Source: Escherichia coli
Lineage (GTDB): Bacteria; Pseudomonadota; Gammaproteobacteria; Enterobacterales; Enterobacteriaceae
Strand: one strand, 5' to 3'
Length of the DNA stretch: 64,000 nucleotides
NCBI RefSeq assembly: GCF_003790525.1
Contig: NZ_CP033635.1
In this document: piece after piece, positions 35,705-47,540 of the stretch
Layout of the letters: each line of letters starts with the position of its first letter
How positions within the stretch are numbered: the first letter of the stretch is position 1
Notes under the pieces: generated by a model
The model's database searches: none
What the model was told of the DNA's origin: nothing
The model's input: the letters and a program-made list of their open reading frames with translations, nothing else
Made by a program: the position numbers and the translations under genes

Positions 35705-37576
35705 TTATCTACGCATGAATGCGTATTCTGATTGTGGTTGTGCGACGTAATGCCCCGGCCCGACGCATTGCAACGAGACGGCTGCAACCTCTTCGCCACG
35801 CAGATGAATATTGCTGGGAAGATCGTCCGACAGCAGTACACGCTGCGGTCGTTGTCGGGACGGTTCAGCGACCGGAACTGCCGCCAGTAATTTACGCGTA
35901 TAAGGATGCTGCGGGTTTTCGAAGACCGCGCGCCGTGGACCAATTTCAACAATTTGCCCGAGATACATCACCGCCACACGATGACTAATCCGCTCTACCA
36001 CGGCCATATCGTGGGAGATAAACAGATACGCAATGCCGAAATCACGCTGGAGATCGAGCAACAAGTTGATAATCTGCCCGCGAATAGAAACATCCAGCGC
36101 CGAGACGGCTTCGTCGGCAATGATCACTTTTGGATTCAATGCCAACGCGCGAGCAATGCAGATGCGCTGGCGCTGACCGCCGGAAAACTCATGCGGGTAA
36201 CGCCAGGCATGTTCAGGTAACAGGCCCACGCGCTCCAGCAACCACGCAACACGTGCAGCCGCTTCTTTACCTGGCAATAAACCGTGTACGCGCAGCGGTT
36301 CGATAATCGAATCACCGATGGTCTGACGTGGGTCCAGCGAAGCGTAAGGGTCCTGAAAAATAAACTGAATATCGCGGCGCAATGCCTGAAGTTTACCGGA
36401 TGACAAGGTATCGATTCGCTGACCGTTAAAGATAATTTCGCCGCCCTGCGATTCGACCAGGCGCAGCAACGCCCGCCCGGTAGTGGATTTACCGCTGCCA
36501 GACTCGCCCACCAGCGATAGCGTTTCACCAGGCCAGAGATCAAAACTGACTTTCTCAACGGCATGCACTTCCCGCGTTACGCGATTCAACAAACCGCTGC
36601 GCAAAGGGAAACGGGTGACCAGATTACGCACCCGTAAAACAGGTTCGCCATCCACCACCGTTTTCTGCTCGATGGGTGGCTCCTGTTTCGCTGGATGTTC
36701 AAGCGATATCAACGGGAAACGTCGGGGATAATCTAACCCTTTCATCGCACCAAGTTGCGGAACAGCAGCTAACAGCGCACGGGTATAAGGATGTTGCGGT
36801 GCATGAAAAATCTGTTCGACGCTACCCGTTTCCACCGCCTCGCCCTGATACATCACCAGAACCCGATCGGCAATCTCTGCCACCACGCCCATATCGTGAG
36901 TGATAAAGATAACGCCCATCGACATCTCTTTTTGCAATACTTTGATTAATTGCAGGATCTGCGCCTGAATAGTGACATCCAGCGCGGTGGTTGGCTCATC
37001 GGCAATCAGCACCGCCGGGCAGCATGACAGCGCCATCGCAATCATCACTCGCTGGCGCATCCCGCCAGAGAGTTGATGCGGATAACGTGAAAGAATGGTT
37101 TGTGCCTCCGGAATGCGTACCTGATCCAGCATCCGCTTCGCCTCGACCATCGCTTCTTCACGACTGGCGTTCTGATGCAGACGAATTGATTCGGCAATCT
37201 GTTCACCCACAGTAAATACCGGGTTCAGCGATGTCATCGGTTCCTGAAATATCATCGCCATATCCGCACCGCGCACATGGCGCATTTGTGCAGCGCTCTG
37301 CTCGCTAAGTTCAATCACTTCGCGACTGCGCCGCCGCAACAGCATTTTATCGCACTGTACTAAACCGCCCGCCTGTTCCAACAGACGCATCAATGCCAGC
37401 GCAGTCACTGACTTACCGGAGCCGGATTCGCCAACAATTGCCAGCGTCTCACCGCGTTGCAGGCTAAAAGAGAGATTGCGGACCGCAGCTATTTTCTGCT
37501 GGTCCTGCATAAAGGCAATATTCAGATTTTCAACCGCCAGCACATCACCGGCATCAAGTTCATCACTGTGTGGCAA
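35705..37576 (-). CDS. gsiA: Glutathione ABC transporter ATP-binding protein (tandem ABC domains)
   Basis: Two Walker A (GESGSGKS) and two LSGG signature motifs; start assigned to TTG at 37576 (LPHSDELD) to give 623 aa; 14-nt overlap with the iaaA stop. Confidence 0.85.
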   Translation of the reverse strand: MPHSDELDAGDVLAVENLNIAFMQDQQKIAAVRNLSFSLQRGETLAIVGESGSGKSVTALALMRLLEQAGGLVQCDKMLLRRRSREVIELSEQSAAQMRHVRGADMAMIFQEPMTSLNPVFTVGEQIAESIRLHQNASREEAMVEAKRMLDQVRIPEAQTILSRYPHQLSGGMRQRVMIAMALSCCPAVLIADEPTTALDVTIQAQILQLIKVLQKEMSMGVIFITHDMGVVAEIADRVLVMYQGEAVETGSVEQIFHAPQHPYTRALLAAVPQLGAMKGLDYPRRFPLISLEHPAKQEPPIEQKTVVDGEPVLRVRNLVTRFPLRSGLLNRVTREVHAVEKVSFDLWPGETLSLVGESGSGKSTTGRALLRLVESQGGEIIFNGQRIDTLSSGKLQALRRDIQFIFQDPYASLDPRQTIGDSIIEPLRVHGLLPGKEAAARVAWLLERVGLLPEHAWRYPHEFSGGQRQRICIARALALNPKVIIADEAVSALDVSIRGQIINLLLDLQRDFGIAYLFISHDMAVVERISHRVAVMYLGQIVEIGPRRAVFENPQHPYTRKLLAAVPVAEPSRQRPQRVLLSDDLPSNIHLRGEEVAAVSLQCVGPGHYVAQPQSEYAFMRR

Positions 37577-38528
37577 CGGTGTCCCCTTTTTCACGGTAGA
37601 TACCGGTGGTTGGCGTATCGCCTGCGTAGCCCCAGGCGCGATACATTCCTTCGGTGTTAAACGGTAGCGCGACGTTACCTTCATGGTCGATAGCGATTAA
37701 GCCACCGCTACCGCCAAGCGCAGGGAGTTTTTCCATTACTACCCGCTCGCAGGCTTCCGCGAGACTTAATCCGCCGTAATCCATTAACGCGGCGATGTCA
37801 TATGCCGCCAGCGCGCGGATGAAGACTTCGCCCGTGCCGGTACAAGAAACCGCCACACTGGCGTTATTGGCGTAGCATCCGGCACCCACTAAGGGACTAT
37901 CGCCAACTCGTCCGGGTAATTTATTGGTCATTCCGCCCGTGGACGTGGCTGCCGCCAGATTGCCGTCTAAATCCAACGCCACGGCCCCCACGGTGCCCAT
38001 TTTCTGTTTTTCATCCAGTGGCGCACCGCTATGGTCGAGGACTGTTGCCCCTTCCTCGCGCGCTGCCAGTAGTTGTTCATAACGCAAAGGCGTGGAGAAA
38101 ATCTCCGGTGAGACGCGCTCCATGCCATGAGCAAACGCAAAATTTTCTGCCCCTTCGCCAATCATCATCACATGCGGGCTTTGCTCCATCACCAGCCGGG
38201 CGGCAAGAACCGGATTACGCAGATGACTAACGCCCGCCACCGCACCGGCTTTCAGGGTGTTACCATCCATCACACAGGCGTCCAGTTCATGGGTTTCATC
38301 ACGCGTAAAGACAGCGCCAATTCCGGCGTTAAACAGTGGACACTCTTCCAGCAGACGCACCGCTTCCGTCACCACATCCAGCGCACTTTCGCCCGCTTCC
38401 AGCATTTTCTGCCCGGTTTCAACAATGGCAGACAGCGCCTCGATGTAGCGTAATTCCTGTTGCAGACTCATCTGCGCGCGGCTAATTGCACCTGCGCCGC
38501 CATGAATTGCAATGACTGCTTTGCCCAT
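37563..38528 (-). CDS. iaaA: Isoaspartyl dipeptidase / L-asparaginase (Ntn hydrolase)
   Basis: 321 aa; MGTVGAV autoprocessing-site region; synteny. Confidence 0.9.
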   Translation of the reverse strand: MGKAVIAIHGGAGAISRAQMSLQQELRYIEALSAIVETGQKMLEAGESALDVVTEAVRLLEECPLFNAGIGAVFTRDETHELDACVMDGNTLKAGAVAGVSHLRNPVLAARLVMEQSPHVMMIGEGAENFAFAHGMERVSPEIFSTPLRYEQLLAAREEGATVLDHSGAPLDEKQKMGTVGAVALDLDGNLAAATSTGGMTNKLPGRVGDSPLVGAGCYANNASVAVSCTGTGEVFIRALAAYDIAALMDYGGLSLAEACERVVMEKLPALGGSGGLIAIDHEGNVALPFNTEGMYRAWGYAGDTPTTGIYREKGDTVATQ

Positions 38529-38731
38529 AGTATTCGTCCATTAAGGGTGGCTCGCCACTTTTGCTATAAATATCAGAATTTTTATGAATTACTCATTCAA
38601 TTTTTGAATATAGAAAGATGGATATGGCATGTAAAGGCAGGAGCCAGCGCTACGCCCGAGGTGGCATACAGTCTGTGGCGTTTTTCTGACATAATAGGCA
38701 AATTCGATTTTGCCTCCGCAGGAGTGTTTTC

Positions 38732-39967
38732 ATGGAATTTACCACCGGATTGATGTCGCTCGACACCGCGCTTAATGAGATGCTTTCTCGCGTTACCCCA
38801 CTGACCGCCCAGGAAACGCTGCCACTGGTTCAGTGTTTTGGTCGTATTCTGGCGAGCGATGTCGTTTCGCCACTGGATGTCCCGGGGTTTGATAACTCCG
38901 CTATGGACGGCTACGCGGTGCGTTTAGCCGATATTGCCTCCGGGCAACCGCTGCCCGTTGCCGGTAAATCCTTTGCCGGTCAGCCGTACCATGGTGAATG
39001 GCCTGCGGGTACCTGCATTCGTATTATGACCGGTGCGCCGGTGCCAGAAGGCTGCGAAGGGGTGGTGATGCAGGAGCAGACTGAACAAACGGACAATGGC
39101 GTGCGTTTTACTGCTGAAGTGCGTAGCGGGCAAAATATTCGCCGTCGCGGTGAAGATATCTCTGCAGGTGCGGTTGTTTTCCCGGCGGGGACTCGCCTGA
39201 CTACCGCTGAACTGCCAGTGATTGCTTCGCTAGGGATTGCCGAAGTTCCGGTGATTCGTAAAGTGCGTGTAGCGCTTTTTTCTACCGGTGATGAACTCCA
39301 GTTGCCCGGTCAGCCGCTGGGCGACGGCCAAATCTACGATACCAACCGTCTCGCCGTACACCTGATGTTAGAACAGTTGGGATGCGAGGTAATCAACTTA
39401 GGGATTATCCGCGACGATCCCCATGCCCTGCGCGCCGCATTTATTGAAGCCGACAGCCAGGCGGATGTGGTGATCAGTTCCGGCGGTGTTTCAGTGGGTG
39501 AAGCGGATTACACCAAAACCATTCTTGAAGAGCTGGGGGAGATCGCCTTCTGGAAGCTGGCGATTAAACCAGGTAAACCGTTCGCGTTCGGTAAACTCAG
39601 CAATAGCTGGTTCTGCGGCCTGCCGGGCAACCCGGTTTCAGCAACGCTGACCTTCTATCAACTGGTACAGCCTTTGCTGGCAAAACTAAGCGGCAATACC
39701 GCCAGCGGCCTGCCCGCGCGCCAGCGTGTGCGCACGGCATCGCCTCTGAAGAAATCGCCAGGACGCCTTGATTTCCAGCGCGGCGTGCTGCAACGCAACG
39801 CCGATGGCGAACTGGAAGTGACGACCACCGGACATCAGGGTTCACATATATTTAGCTCCTTTAGCCTCGGCAACTGCTTTATCGTGCTGGAACGCGATCG
39901 CGGCAATGTGGAAGTGGGCGAATGGGTGGAAGTAGAACCGTTTAACGCGTTGTTCGGAGGCCTGTAA
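38732..39967 (+). CDS. moeA: Molybdopterin molybdenumtransferase
   Basis: 411 aa; MoeA family. Confidence 0.92.
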   Translation: MEFTTGLMSLDTALNEMLSRVTPLTAQETLPLVQCFGRILASDVVSPLDVPGFDNSAMDGYAVRLADIASGQPLPVAGKSFAGQPYHGEWPAGTCIRIMTGAPVPEGCEGVVMQEQTEQTDNGVRFTAEVRSGQNIRRRGEDISAGAVVFPAGTRLTTAELPVIASLGIAEVPVIRKVRVALFSTGDELQLPGQPLGDGQIYDTNRLAVHLMLEQLGCEVINLGIIRDDPHALRAAFIEADSQADVVISSGGVSVGEADYTKTILEELGEIAFWKLAIKPGKPFAFGKLSNSWFCGLPGNPVSATLTFYQLVQPLLAKLSGNTASGLPARQRVRTASPLKKSPGRLDFQRGVLQRNADGELEVTTTGHQGSHIFSSFSLGNCFIVLERDRGNVEVGEWVEVEPFNALFGGL

Positions 39968-40716
39968 TGGCGGAACTCAGCGATCAGGAGATGCTGCGCT
40001 ACAACCGGCAAATCATTCTGCGCGGCTTTGATTTTGACGGCCAGGAGGCGCTGAAAGATTCTCGCGTGCTGGTAGTGGGCCTGGGCGGCCTCGGCTGTGC
40101 AGCCTCGCAGTATCTGGCAAGCGCCGGTGTCGGCAACCTGACGCTGCTCGACTTCGACACGGTTTCGCTCTCCAATCTGCAACGCCAGACGCTGCACAGT
40201 GATGCCACGGTCGGGCAACCGAAGGTGGAATCCGCCCGTGACGCCCTGACGCGGATCAACCCATATATCGCGATTACGCCAGTCAATGCGCTGCTTGATG
40301 ACGCTGAACTTGCTGCGATGATTGCAAAACACGATCTGGTGCTCGACTGTACGGATAACGTTGCAGTACGTAATCAACTGAACGCAGGCTGTTTTGCCGC
40401 GAAGGTGCCGCTGGTTTCCGGCGCGGCAATTCGTATGGAAGGGCAAATCACGGTCTTCACTTATCAGGACGGCGAACCGTGCTATCGCTGCCTTAGCCGT
40501 TTGTTTGGCGAGAACGCGTTAACCTGCGTAGAAGCAGGCGTGATGGCACCGTTAATCGGCGTAATTGGTTCGTTGCAGGCAATGGAAGCAATCAAACTGC
40601 TGGCAGGTTATGGCAAACCAGCCAGCGGGAAAATCGTGATGTACGATGCGATCACCTGTCAGTTTCGCGAAATGAAACTGATGCGCAATCCGGGGTGTGA
40701 GGTGTGCGGGCAGTAA
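39967..40716 (+). CDS. moeB: Molybdopterin-synthase adenylyltransferase
   Basis: 249 aa; ThiF/MoeB fold with GxGxxG (GLGGLGC) and C-terminal CxxC pairs; start overlaps the moeA stop. Confidence 0.92.
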   Translation: MAELSDQEMLRYNRQIILRGFDFDGQEALKDSRVLVVGLGGLGCAASQYLASAGVGNLTLLDFDTVSLSNLQRQTLHSDATVGQPKVESARDALTRINPYIAITPVNALLDDAELAAMIAKHDLVLDCTDNVAVRNQLNAGCFAAKVPLVSGAAIRMEGQITVFTYQDGEPCYRCLSRLFGENALTCVEAGVMAPLIGVIGSLQAMEAIKLLAGYGKPASGKIVMYDAITCQFREMKLMRNPGCEVCGQ

Positions 40717-40791
40717 CTGCCACCTCCAGGCCAGATAAGACGCGGCACTCCGCCACGTCATCAGCAATTTATGAGGATGCAGAACGTCCGG

Positions 40792-41454
40792 TTAAATCGA
40801 CGTTCTGCCAAACGCACCCAGCCAGTCCTGTTCAAACTTCGCCACAGCGGCATCAACCGCCGGATAGCTAATCATCTGTTGTGCCACATCCAGTGGCAGA
40901 GTAATTGATTCACATCCTGCCAGTAAGCAGTCCAGCGCCTGACGCGGGGTTTTGAAACTCGCTGCCAGCACTTTCGCCTGCGGCGCATGCATTTTCAATA
41001 ACTGGTGTAAGTCGGTCACAGTCTGAATACCGCTACCGCCCTGAGCATCAATACGATTAACGTAAAGCGCAACATATTCTGCACCTGCCAGCGCCGACAT
41101 CAACCCTTGTGCCGCGCCATATACCGCGGTTCCCAGCGTCGGAATCCCTTCCGCTTTTAACATCTTAATCGCTGCCAGCCCCTCGGCGGTCACCGGAACT
41201 TTCACCACGATATCCGCAATAATAGAACGCAGCTTAAGCGCGTCATTCACCATCCCTTCGGCAGTGGTAGCCATTACCTGGGCAAACAGACGCCCCTGAC
41301 CGCCCATCGCTTCATGAAGTTGCGGAAGCACAACCTCCAGCGGTTTTTTACCCGCGGCGATAATGCTTGGGTTAGTGGTCACACCCGCTAGCGGAAAAAT
41401 ACGTGACAGCGCCTTCACCGCAACAACGTCTGAAGTATCCAGATACAGTTCCAT
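40792..41454 (-). CDS. fsaA: Fructose-6-phosphate aldolase 1
   Basis: Start refined to [10 protein letters not shown] (220 aa); transaldolase-like. Confidence 0.88.
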   Translation of the reverse strand: MELYLDTSDVVAVKALSRIFPLAGVTTNPSIIAAGKKPLEVVLPQLHEAMGGQGRLFAQVMATTAEGMVNDALKLRSIIADIVVKVPVTAEGLAAIKMLKAEGIPTLGTAVYGAAQGLMSALAGAEYVALYVNRIDAQGGSGIQTVTDLHQLLKMHAPQAKVLAASFKTPRQALDCLLAGCESITLPLDVAQQMISYPAVDAAVAKFEQDWLGAFGRTSI

Positions 41455-41584
41455 AACCATCCTCAAAATGTACTTTTTGTCTGAATGTAGACTATCACGG
41501 GAAAACTCTCTGAACAGTTGACACACATCAATCTAACTTTCATTCGAAAGTATTTTAATGTTTGAACGAAACAGAGAGGCAACT

Positions 41585-42484
41585 ATGATTTTCAATATTC
41601 AGCGCTACTCGACCCATGATGGCCCCGGTATCCGCACGGTCGTATTTCTTAAAGGCTGTTCGCTGGGCTGCCGCTGGTGTCAGAACCCGGAAAGCCGAGC
41701 CCGCACGCAGGATCTGTTGTATGACGCACGACTGTGTCTGGAAGGCTGCGAGCTGTGCGCTAAGGCCGCGCCGGACGTGATTGAGCGCTCGCTGAATGGT
41801 TTGCTTATTCATCGGGAAAAGTTAACCCCGGAGCATCTGACAGCGTTAACCGACTGCTGTCCGACACAGGCGTTAACCGTGTGTGGTGAAGTGAAAAGCG
41901 TTGAGGAGATCATGGCGACCGTTTTGCGCGATAAACCGTTTTACGATCGCAGCGGCGGCGGCTTAACACTTTCTGGCGGTGAACCCTTTATGCAGCCGGA
42001 AATGGCGACGGAGCTACTGCAAGCCAGCCACGAGGCCGGCATTCATACTGCGGTAGAAACCTGTCTGCATGTGCCGTGGAAATATATCTCCCCTTCTCTG
42101 CCCTATATCGATCTGTTTCTTGCCGATTTAAAACACGTCGCCGACGCGCCGTTTAAACAGTGGACCGACGGTAACGCCGCCAGGGTGCTGGATAATCTGA
42201 AAAAACTCGCTGCGGCGGGGAAAAAAATCATCATCCGCGTACCGCTGATTCAGGGCTTTAATGCCGACGAAACCGCTGTAAAAGCCATTACCGATTTTGC
42301 CGCCGACGAGCTGCACGTTGGCGAAATCCATTTCCTGCCCTACCACACGCTGGGCATCAACAAATATCACTTACTTAATCTGCCCTATGACGCCCCGGAA
42401 AAACCGCTTGATGCGCCAGAACTGCTCGACTTTGCCCAGCAGTATGCCTGCCAGAAAGGGTTAACCGCGACCTTACGAGGATAA
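41585..42484 (+). CDS. ybiY: Glycyl-radical enzyme activating protein (PFL-activase-like)
   Basis: Radical-SAM cysteine motif near the N-terminus plus additional Cys clusters; start refined to [15 protein letters not shown]. Confidence 0.85.
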   Translation: MIFNIQRYSTHDGPGIRTVVFLKGCSLGCRWCQNPESRARTQDLLYDARLCLEGCELCAKAAPDVIERSLNGLLIHREKLTPEHLTALTDCCPTQALTVCGEVKSVEEIMATVLRDKPFYDRSGGGLTLSGGEPFMQPEMATELLQASHEAGIHTAVETCLHVPWKYISPSLPYIDLFLADLKHVADAPFKQWTDGNAARVLDNLKKLAAAGKKIIIRVPLIQGFNADETAVKAITDFAADELHVGEIHFLPYHTLGINKYHLLNLPYDAPEKPLDAPELLDFAQQYACQKGLTATLRG

Positions 42485-42489
42485 CAACC

Positions 42490-44922
42490 ATGACCACACT
42501 GAAACTGGACACGCTCAGCGACCGCATTAAAGCGCACAAAAATGCGCTGGTGCATATTGTGAAACCACCAGTCTGTACCGAGCGCGCGCAGCACTATACC
42601 GAGATGTATCAACAACATCTCGATAAGCCGATCCCGGTACGTCGCGCGCTGGCACTGGCGCATCACCTGGCGAATCGCACCATCTGGATCAAGCACGATG
42701 AATTGATCATTGGCAACCAGGCAAGCGAAGTTCGCGCCGCGCCGATCTTCCCGGAATATACCGTCTCCTGGATCGAAAAAGAGATTGATGATCTGGCAGA
42801 TCGTCCCGGTGCTGGTTTTGCGGTGAGCGAAGAGAACAAACGCGTTCTGCATGAAGTGTGCCCGTGGTGGCGCGGTCAGACCGTACAGGATCGCTGCTAC
42901 GGCATGTTTACCGATGAGCAAAAAGGTCTGCTGGCGACCGGCATCATTAAAGCGGAGGGCAATATGACCTCCGGCGATGCGCACCTGGCGGTCAATTTCC
43001 CGCTACTGCTGGAAAAAGGTCTTGATGGTCTGCGTGAGAAAGTGGCGGAACGTCGCTCGCGCATCAATCTGACGGTACTGGAAGATCTGCACGGCGAGCA
43101 ATTCCTGAAAGCGATTGATATCGTGCTGGTGGCAGTCAGTGAACACATTGAACGTTTCGCTGCCCTGGCGCGTGAAATGGCCGCGACCGAAACCCGCGAA
43201 AGCCGTCGCGATGAACTGCTGACGATAGCAGAAAACTGCGATCTTATCGCCCACCAGCCGCCGCAGACTTTCTGGCAGGCGCTGCAACTGTGTTACTTCA
43301 TCCAGTTGATTTTGCAGATCGAATCTAACGGTCACTCAGTATCGTTTGGTCGTATGGACCAGTATCTCTACCCGTACTATCGCCGCGACGTTGAACTGAA
43401 CCAGACACTGGATCGTGAACACGCCATCGAGATGCTGCATAGCTGCTGGTTAAAATTGCTGGAAGTGAACAAGATCCGCTCCGGCTCACACTCAAAAGCC
43501 TCTGCGGGAAGTCCGCTGTATCAGAACGTCACCATTGGCGGGCAAAATCTGGTTGATGGTCAACCAATGGACGCGGTGAATCCACTCTCTTACGCGCTCC
43601 TCGAATCCTGCGGTCGCCTGCGTTCCACTCAGCCTAACCTCAGCGTGCGTTACCATGCAGGAATGAGCAACGATTTCCTCGACGCCTGCGTACAGGTGAT
43701 CCGTTGCGGCTTCGGGATGCCGGCGTTCAACAACGACGAAATCGTGATCCCGGAATTTATTAAACTCGGTATTGAACCGCAGGACGCTTACGACTATGCA
43801 GCGATTGGTTGTATCGAAACCGCCGTCGGTGGCAAATGGGGCTATCGCTGTACCGGCATGAGCTTTATCAACTTCGCCCGTGTGATGCTGGCGGCGCTGG
43901 AAGGCGGTCGTGATGCCACCAGCGGCAAAGTGTTCCTGCCACAAGAAAAAGCGTTGTCGGCAGGTAGCTTCAACAACTTCGATGAAGTGATGGACGCGTG
44001 GGATACGCAAATCCGTTACTACACGCGTAAATCAATCGAAATCGAATATGTCGTCGACACCATGCTGGAAGAGAACGTACACGATATTCTCTGCTCGGCG
44101 CTGGTGGATGACTGCATTGAGCGAGCGAAAAGTATCAAACAAGGCGGCGCGAAGTATGACTGGGTGTCTGGCTTGCAGGTCGGTATCGCCAACCTCGGCA
44201 ACAGCCTGGCGGCAGTGAAGAAACTGGTATTTGAACAGGGCGCGATTGGTCAGCAACAGCTGGCTGCCGCACTGGCGGATGACTTCGACGGCCTGACTCA
44301 CGAGCAGCTGCGTCAGCGGCTGATTAACGGTGCGCCTAAGTACGGCAACGACGATGATACTGTCGATACGCTGCTGGCTCGCGCTTATCAGACCTATATC
44401 GACGAACTGAAACAGTACCATAATCCGCGCTACGGTCGTGGTCCGGTTGGCGGCAACTATTACGCGGGTACGTCATCTATCTCCGCTAACGTACCTTTTG
44501 GCGCGCAGACGATGGCAACGCCGGACGGGCGTAAAGCCCACACCCCGCTGGCAGAAGGCGCAAGCCCGGCCTCCGGTACTGACCATCTTGGCCCTACCGC
44601 GGTCATTGGCTCGGTGGGTAAACTGCCTACGGCAGCGATTCTCGGCGGCGTGTTGCTCAACCAGAAACTGAATCCGGCAACGCTGGAGAACGAATCTGAC
44701 AAGCAGAAGCTGATGATCCTGCTGCGCACCTTCTTCGAGGTGCATAAAGGCTGGCATATTCAGTACAACATCGTTTCCCGCGAAACGCTGCTGGAGGCGA
44801 AAAAACATCCCGATCAGTATCGCGATCTGGTAGTGCGCGTCGCGGGCTATTCCGCCTTCTTCACCGCGCTCTCTCCAGACGCTCAGGACGATATCATCGC
44901 CCGTACTGAACATATGCTGTAA
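42490..44922 (+). CDS. ybiW: Glycyl radical enzyme (pyruvate formate-lyase-like)
   Basis: 810 aa; C-terminal glycyl-radical motif RVAGYS. Confidence 0.88.
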   Translation: MTTLKLDTLSDRIKAHKNALVHIVKPPVCTERAQHYTEMYQQHLDKPIPVRRALALAHHLANRTIWIKHDELIIGNQASEVRAAPIFPEYTVSWIEKEIDDLADRPGAGFAVSEENKRVLHEVCPWWRGQTVQDRCYGMFTDEQKGLLATGIIKAEGNMTSGDAHLAVNFPLLLEKGLDGLREKVAERRSRINLTVLEDLHGEQFLKAIDIVLVAVSEHIERFAALAREMAATETRESRRDELLTIAENCDLIAHQPPQTFWQALQLCYFIQLILQIESNGHSVSFGRMDQYLYPYYRRDVELNQTLDREHAIEMLHSCWLKLLEVNKIRSGSHSKASAGSPLYQNVTIGGQNLVDGQPMDAVNPLSYALLESCGRLRSTQPNLSVRYHAGMSNDFLDACVQVIRCGFGMPAFNNDEIVIPEFIKLGIEPQDAYDYAAIGCIETAVGGKWGYRCTGMSFINFARVMLAALEGGRDATSGKVFLPQEKALSAGSFNNFDEVMDAWDTQIRYYTRKSIEIEYVVDTMLEENVHDILCSALVDDCIERAKSIKQGGAKYDWVSGLQVGIANLGNSLAAVKKLVFEQGAIGQQQLAAALADDFDGLTHEQLRQRLINGAPKYGNDDDTVDTLLARAYQTYIDELKQYHNPRYGRGPVGGNYYAGTSSISANVPFGAQTMATPDGRKAHTPLAEGASPASGTDHLGPTAVIGSVGKLPTAAILGGVLLNQKLNPATLENESDKQKLMILLRTFFEVHKGWHIQYNIVSRETLLEAKKHPDQYRDLVVRVAGYSAFFTALSPDAQDDIIARTEHML

Positions 44923-45067
44923 TCTCCTCAGCCCGGCGGCGGCGTCGCCGGGCTAAATCATTCACATCATCAATTTCAGCCTCGCTTTCATTCGAAATAT
45001 AATTTGTGCTCTGCGTCACATTGTTATTACACTGTTACGGTTTCATTTTCGAGCCAGGAGCACACCT

Positions 45068-45883
45068 ATGAGCGTAAAAGTTATCGTCACAGACATGGAC
45101 GGTACTTTTCTTAACGACGCCAAAACGTACAACCAACCACGTTTTATGGCGCAATATCAGGAACTGAAAAAGCGCGGCATTGAGTTCGTTGTCGCCAGCG
45201 GTAATCAGTATTACCAGCTTATTTCGTTCTTTCCTGAGCTAAAGGATGAGATCTCTTTTGTCGCAGAAAACGGCGCACTGGTTTACGAACATGGCAAGCA
45301 GTTGTTCCACGGCGAACTGACCCGACATGAATCGCGGATTGTTATTGGCGAGTTGCTAAAAGATAAGCAACTCAATTTTGTCGCCTGCGGTCTGCAAAGT
45401 GCATATGTCAGCGAAAATGCCCCCGAAGCATTCGTCGCACTGATGGCAAAACACTACCATCGCCTGAAACCTGTAAAAGATTATCAGGAGATTGACGACG
45501 TACTGTTCAAGTTTTCGCTCAACCTGCCGGATGAACAAATCCCGTTAGTGATCGACAAACTGCACATAGCGCTGGATGGCATTATGAAACCCGTCACCAG
45601 TGGTTTTGGCTTTATCGACCTGATTATTCCCGGTCTACATAAAGCAAACGGTATTTCGCGGTTACTGAAACGCTGGGATCTGTCACCGCAAAATGTGGTA
45701 GCGATTGGCGACAGCGGTAACGATGCGGAGATGCTGAAAATGGCGCGTTATTCCTTTGCGATGGGCAATGCTGCGGAAAACATTAAACAAATCGCCCGTT
45801 ATGCTACCGATGATAATAATCATGAAGGCGCGCTGAACGTGATTCAGGCTGTGCTGGATAACACATCCCCTTTTAACAGCTGA
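45068..45883 (+). CDS. ybiV: Sugar phosphatase, HAD family (SupH)
   Basis: DMDGTF motif; 271 aa; paralog of ybjI. Confidence 0.88.
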   Translation: MSVKVIVTDMDGTFLNDAKTYNQPRFMAQYQELKKRGIEFVVASGNQYYQLISFFPELKDEISFVAENGALVYEHGKQLFHGELTRHESRIVIGELLKDKQLNFVACGLQSAYVSENAPEAFVALMAKHYHRLKPVKDYQEIDDVLFKFSLNLPDEQIPLVIDKLHIALDGIMKPVTSGFGFIDLIIPGLHKANGISRLLKRWDLSPQNVVAIGDSGNDAEMLKMARYSFAMGNAAENIKQIARYATDDNNHEGALNVIQAVLDNTSPFNS

Positions 45884-46034
45884 CCTCTCTACCGGAGCCA
45901 TGCGCTCCGGTTTTCCCTTCTTTTTACATCCTGTACATCACATCAAATCATTAAACTTGCATTAACTTATTTATAACTTATATTGTCACATGCAAATCAG
46001 TATAGTTTCGAATGAAAGTTAATGCGAGGTGGTT

Positions 46035-47300
46035 ATGGCTTCTACTTTTACCAGCGACACATTGCCTGCCGATCACAAAGCAGCTATCCGTCAGATGAAG
46101 CACGCGCTGCGGGCGCAGCTTGGCGACGTCCAGCAGATCTTTAATCAGCTAAGCGATGACATTGCCACGCGAGTGGCTGAAATCAACGCACTCAAAGCAC
46201 AGGGCGATGCAGTCTGGCCGGTGCTGTCTTATGCCGATATCAAAGCAGGTCATGTTACTGCAGAGCAACGCGAACAGATTAAACGTCGCGGTTGTGCGGT
46301 GATAAAAGGCCATTTCCCCCGCGAACAAGCGCTAGGCTGGGATCAGTCGATGCTGGACTATCTGGACCGCAACCGCTTTGATGAGGTCTACAAAGGCCCC
46401 GGCGATAATTTCTTCGGGACGCTCAGCGCTTCACGTCCCGAGATTTACCCCATCTACTGGTCGCAGGCGCAAATGCAGGCCCGCCAGAGTGAAGAAATGG
46501 CGAATGCGCAGTCGTTTCTCAATCGTCTGTGGACATTTGAAAGTGATGGAAAGCAATGGTTTAACCCGGATGTGAGCGTCATCTACCCTGACCGTATCCG
46601 CCGCCGTCCGCCCGGAACGGCCTCCAAAGGTCTCGGAGCGCATACCGACTCCGGGGCACTGGAACGCTGGCTGCTTCCAGCGTATCAGCGCGTTTTCGCC
46701 AACGTCTTTAATGGCAATCTGGCGCAATATGATCCCTGGCATGCGGCACATCGTACAGAAGTTGAAGAGTACACGGTGGACAACACCACCAAATGTTCCG
46801 TGTTTCGGACATTCCAGGGCTGGACAGCGCTCTCTGATATGCTGCCTGGTCAGGGACTGCTGCACGTCGTGCCCATTCCTGAAGCCATAGCGTACGTGCT
46901 GTTACGTCCGCTGCTTGATGATGTGCCGGAGGATGAACTGTGCGGCGTAGCGCCCGGAAGAGTGTTGCCGGTATCAGAGCAATGGCATCCACTGTTGATT
47001 GAGGCATTAACCAGCATTCCACAACTCGAAGCCGGAGACTCCGTCTGGTGGCACTGCGACGTCATCCATTCCGTTGCCCCCGTTGAAAATCAACAGGGCT
47101 GGGGCAACGTGATGTACATTCCTGCGGCACCGATGTGCGAGAAAAATCTTGCCTACGCGCACAAGGTGAAGGCCGCACTGGAAAAAGGCGCATCACCTGG
47201 CGACTTCCCGCGGGAAGATTATGAAGCAAACTGGGAAGGCCGCTTTACGCTGGAGGATCTGAACATTCACGGTAAGCGCGCACTGGGCATGGATGTTTGA
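46035..47300 (+). CDS. ybiU: DUF1479-family protein YbiU
   Basis: About 421 aa; synteny; exact start (46029 or 46035) uncertain. Confidence 0.8.
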   Translation: MASTFTSDTLPADHKAAIRQMKHALRAQLGDVQQIFNQLSDDIATRVAEINALKAQGDAVWPVLSYADIKAGHVTAEQREQIKRRGCAVIKGHFPREQALGWDQSMLDYLDRNRFDEVYKGPGDNFFGTLSASRPEIYPIYWSQAQMQARQSEEMANAQSFLNRLWTFESDGKQWFNPDVSVIYPDRIRRRPPGTASKGLGAHTDSGALERWLLPAYQRVFANVFNGNLAQYDPWHAAHRTEVEEYTVDNTTKCSVFRTFQGWTALSDMLPGQGLLHVVPIPEAIAYVLLRPLLDDVPEDELCGVAPGRVLPVSEQWHPLLIEALTSIPQLEAGDSVWWHCDVIHSVAPVENQQGWGNVMYIPAAPMCEKNLAYAHKVKAALEKGASPGDFPREDYEANWEGRFTLEDLNIHGKRALGMDV

Positions 47301-47382
47301 GAGTTAATGGAAGTGAATTGATGTGGGATTAAGAAAATCGATTCGACGTTACTCAGATTGCTGACAAATGCGCTTTGTTAAT

Positions 47383-47481
47383 GCCTGATGCGGCGTTAAC
47401 GCCTTATCCGGCCTACAAAGTCCTGCAGATTCAATATATTGCAGGTACTGCGTAGGCCTGATAAGCATAGCGCATCAGGCA
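47383..47481. repeat. Pair of inverted REP elements (BIME-like)
   Basis: gcctgatgcggcgttaacgccttatccggcctaca and the inverted copy gtaggcctgataagcatagcgcatcaggc. Confidence 0.75.
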
Positions 47482-47540
47482 ATCTTGCGTTTGTCATCAG
47501 CCGCCGTCACCCCGACAGTATCGGGCTGACGGATAATAAC

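Noticed and set aside
35686-35952. Long N-terminal extensions in the ORF track (gsiB 601 aa, also gstB 257 aa, potF 420 aa, dps 214 aa, potG 404 aa, fsaA 244 aa)
   Set aside because: The conserved proteins begin at internal start codons with recognisable N-termini or signal peptides; the extensions are stop-free upstream sequence, not coding
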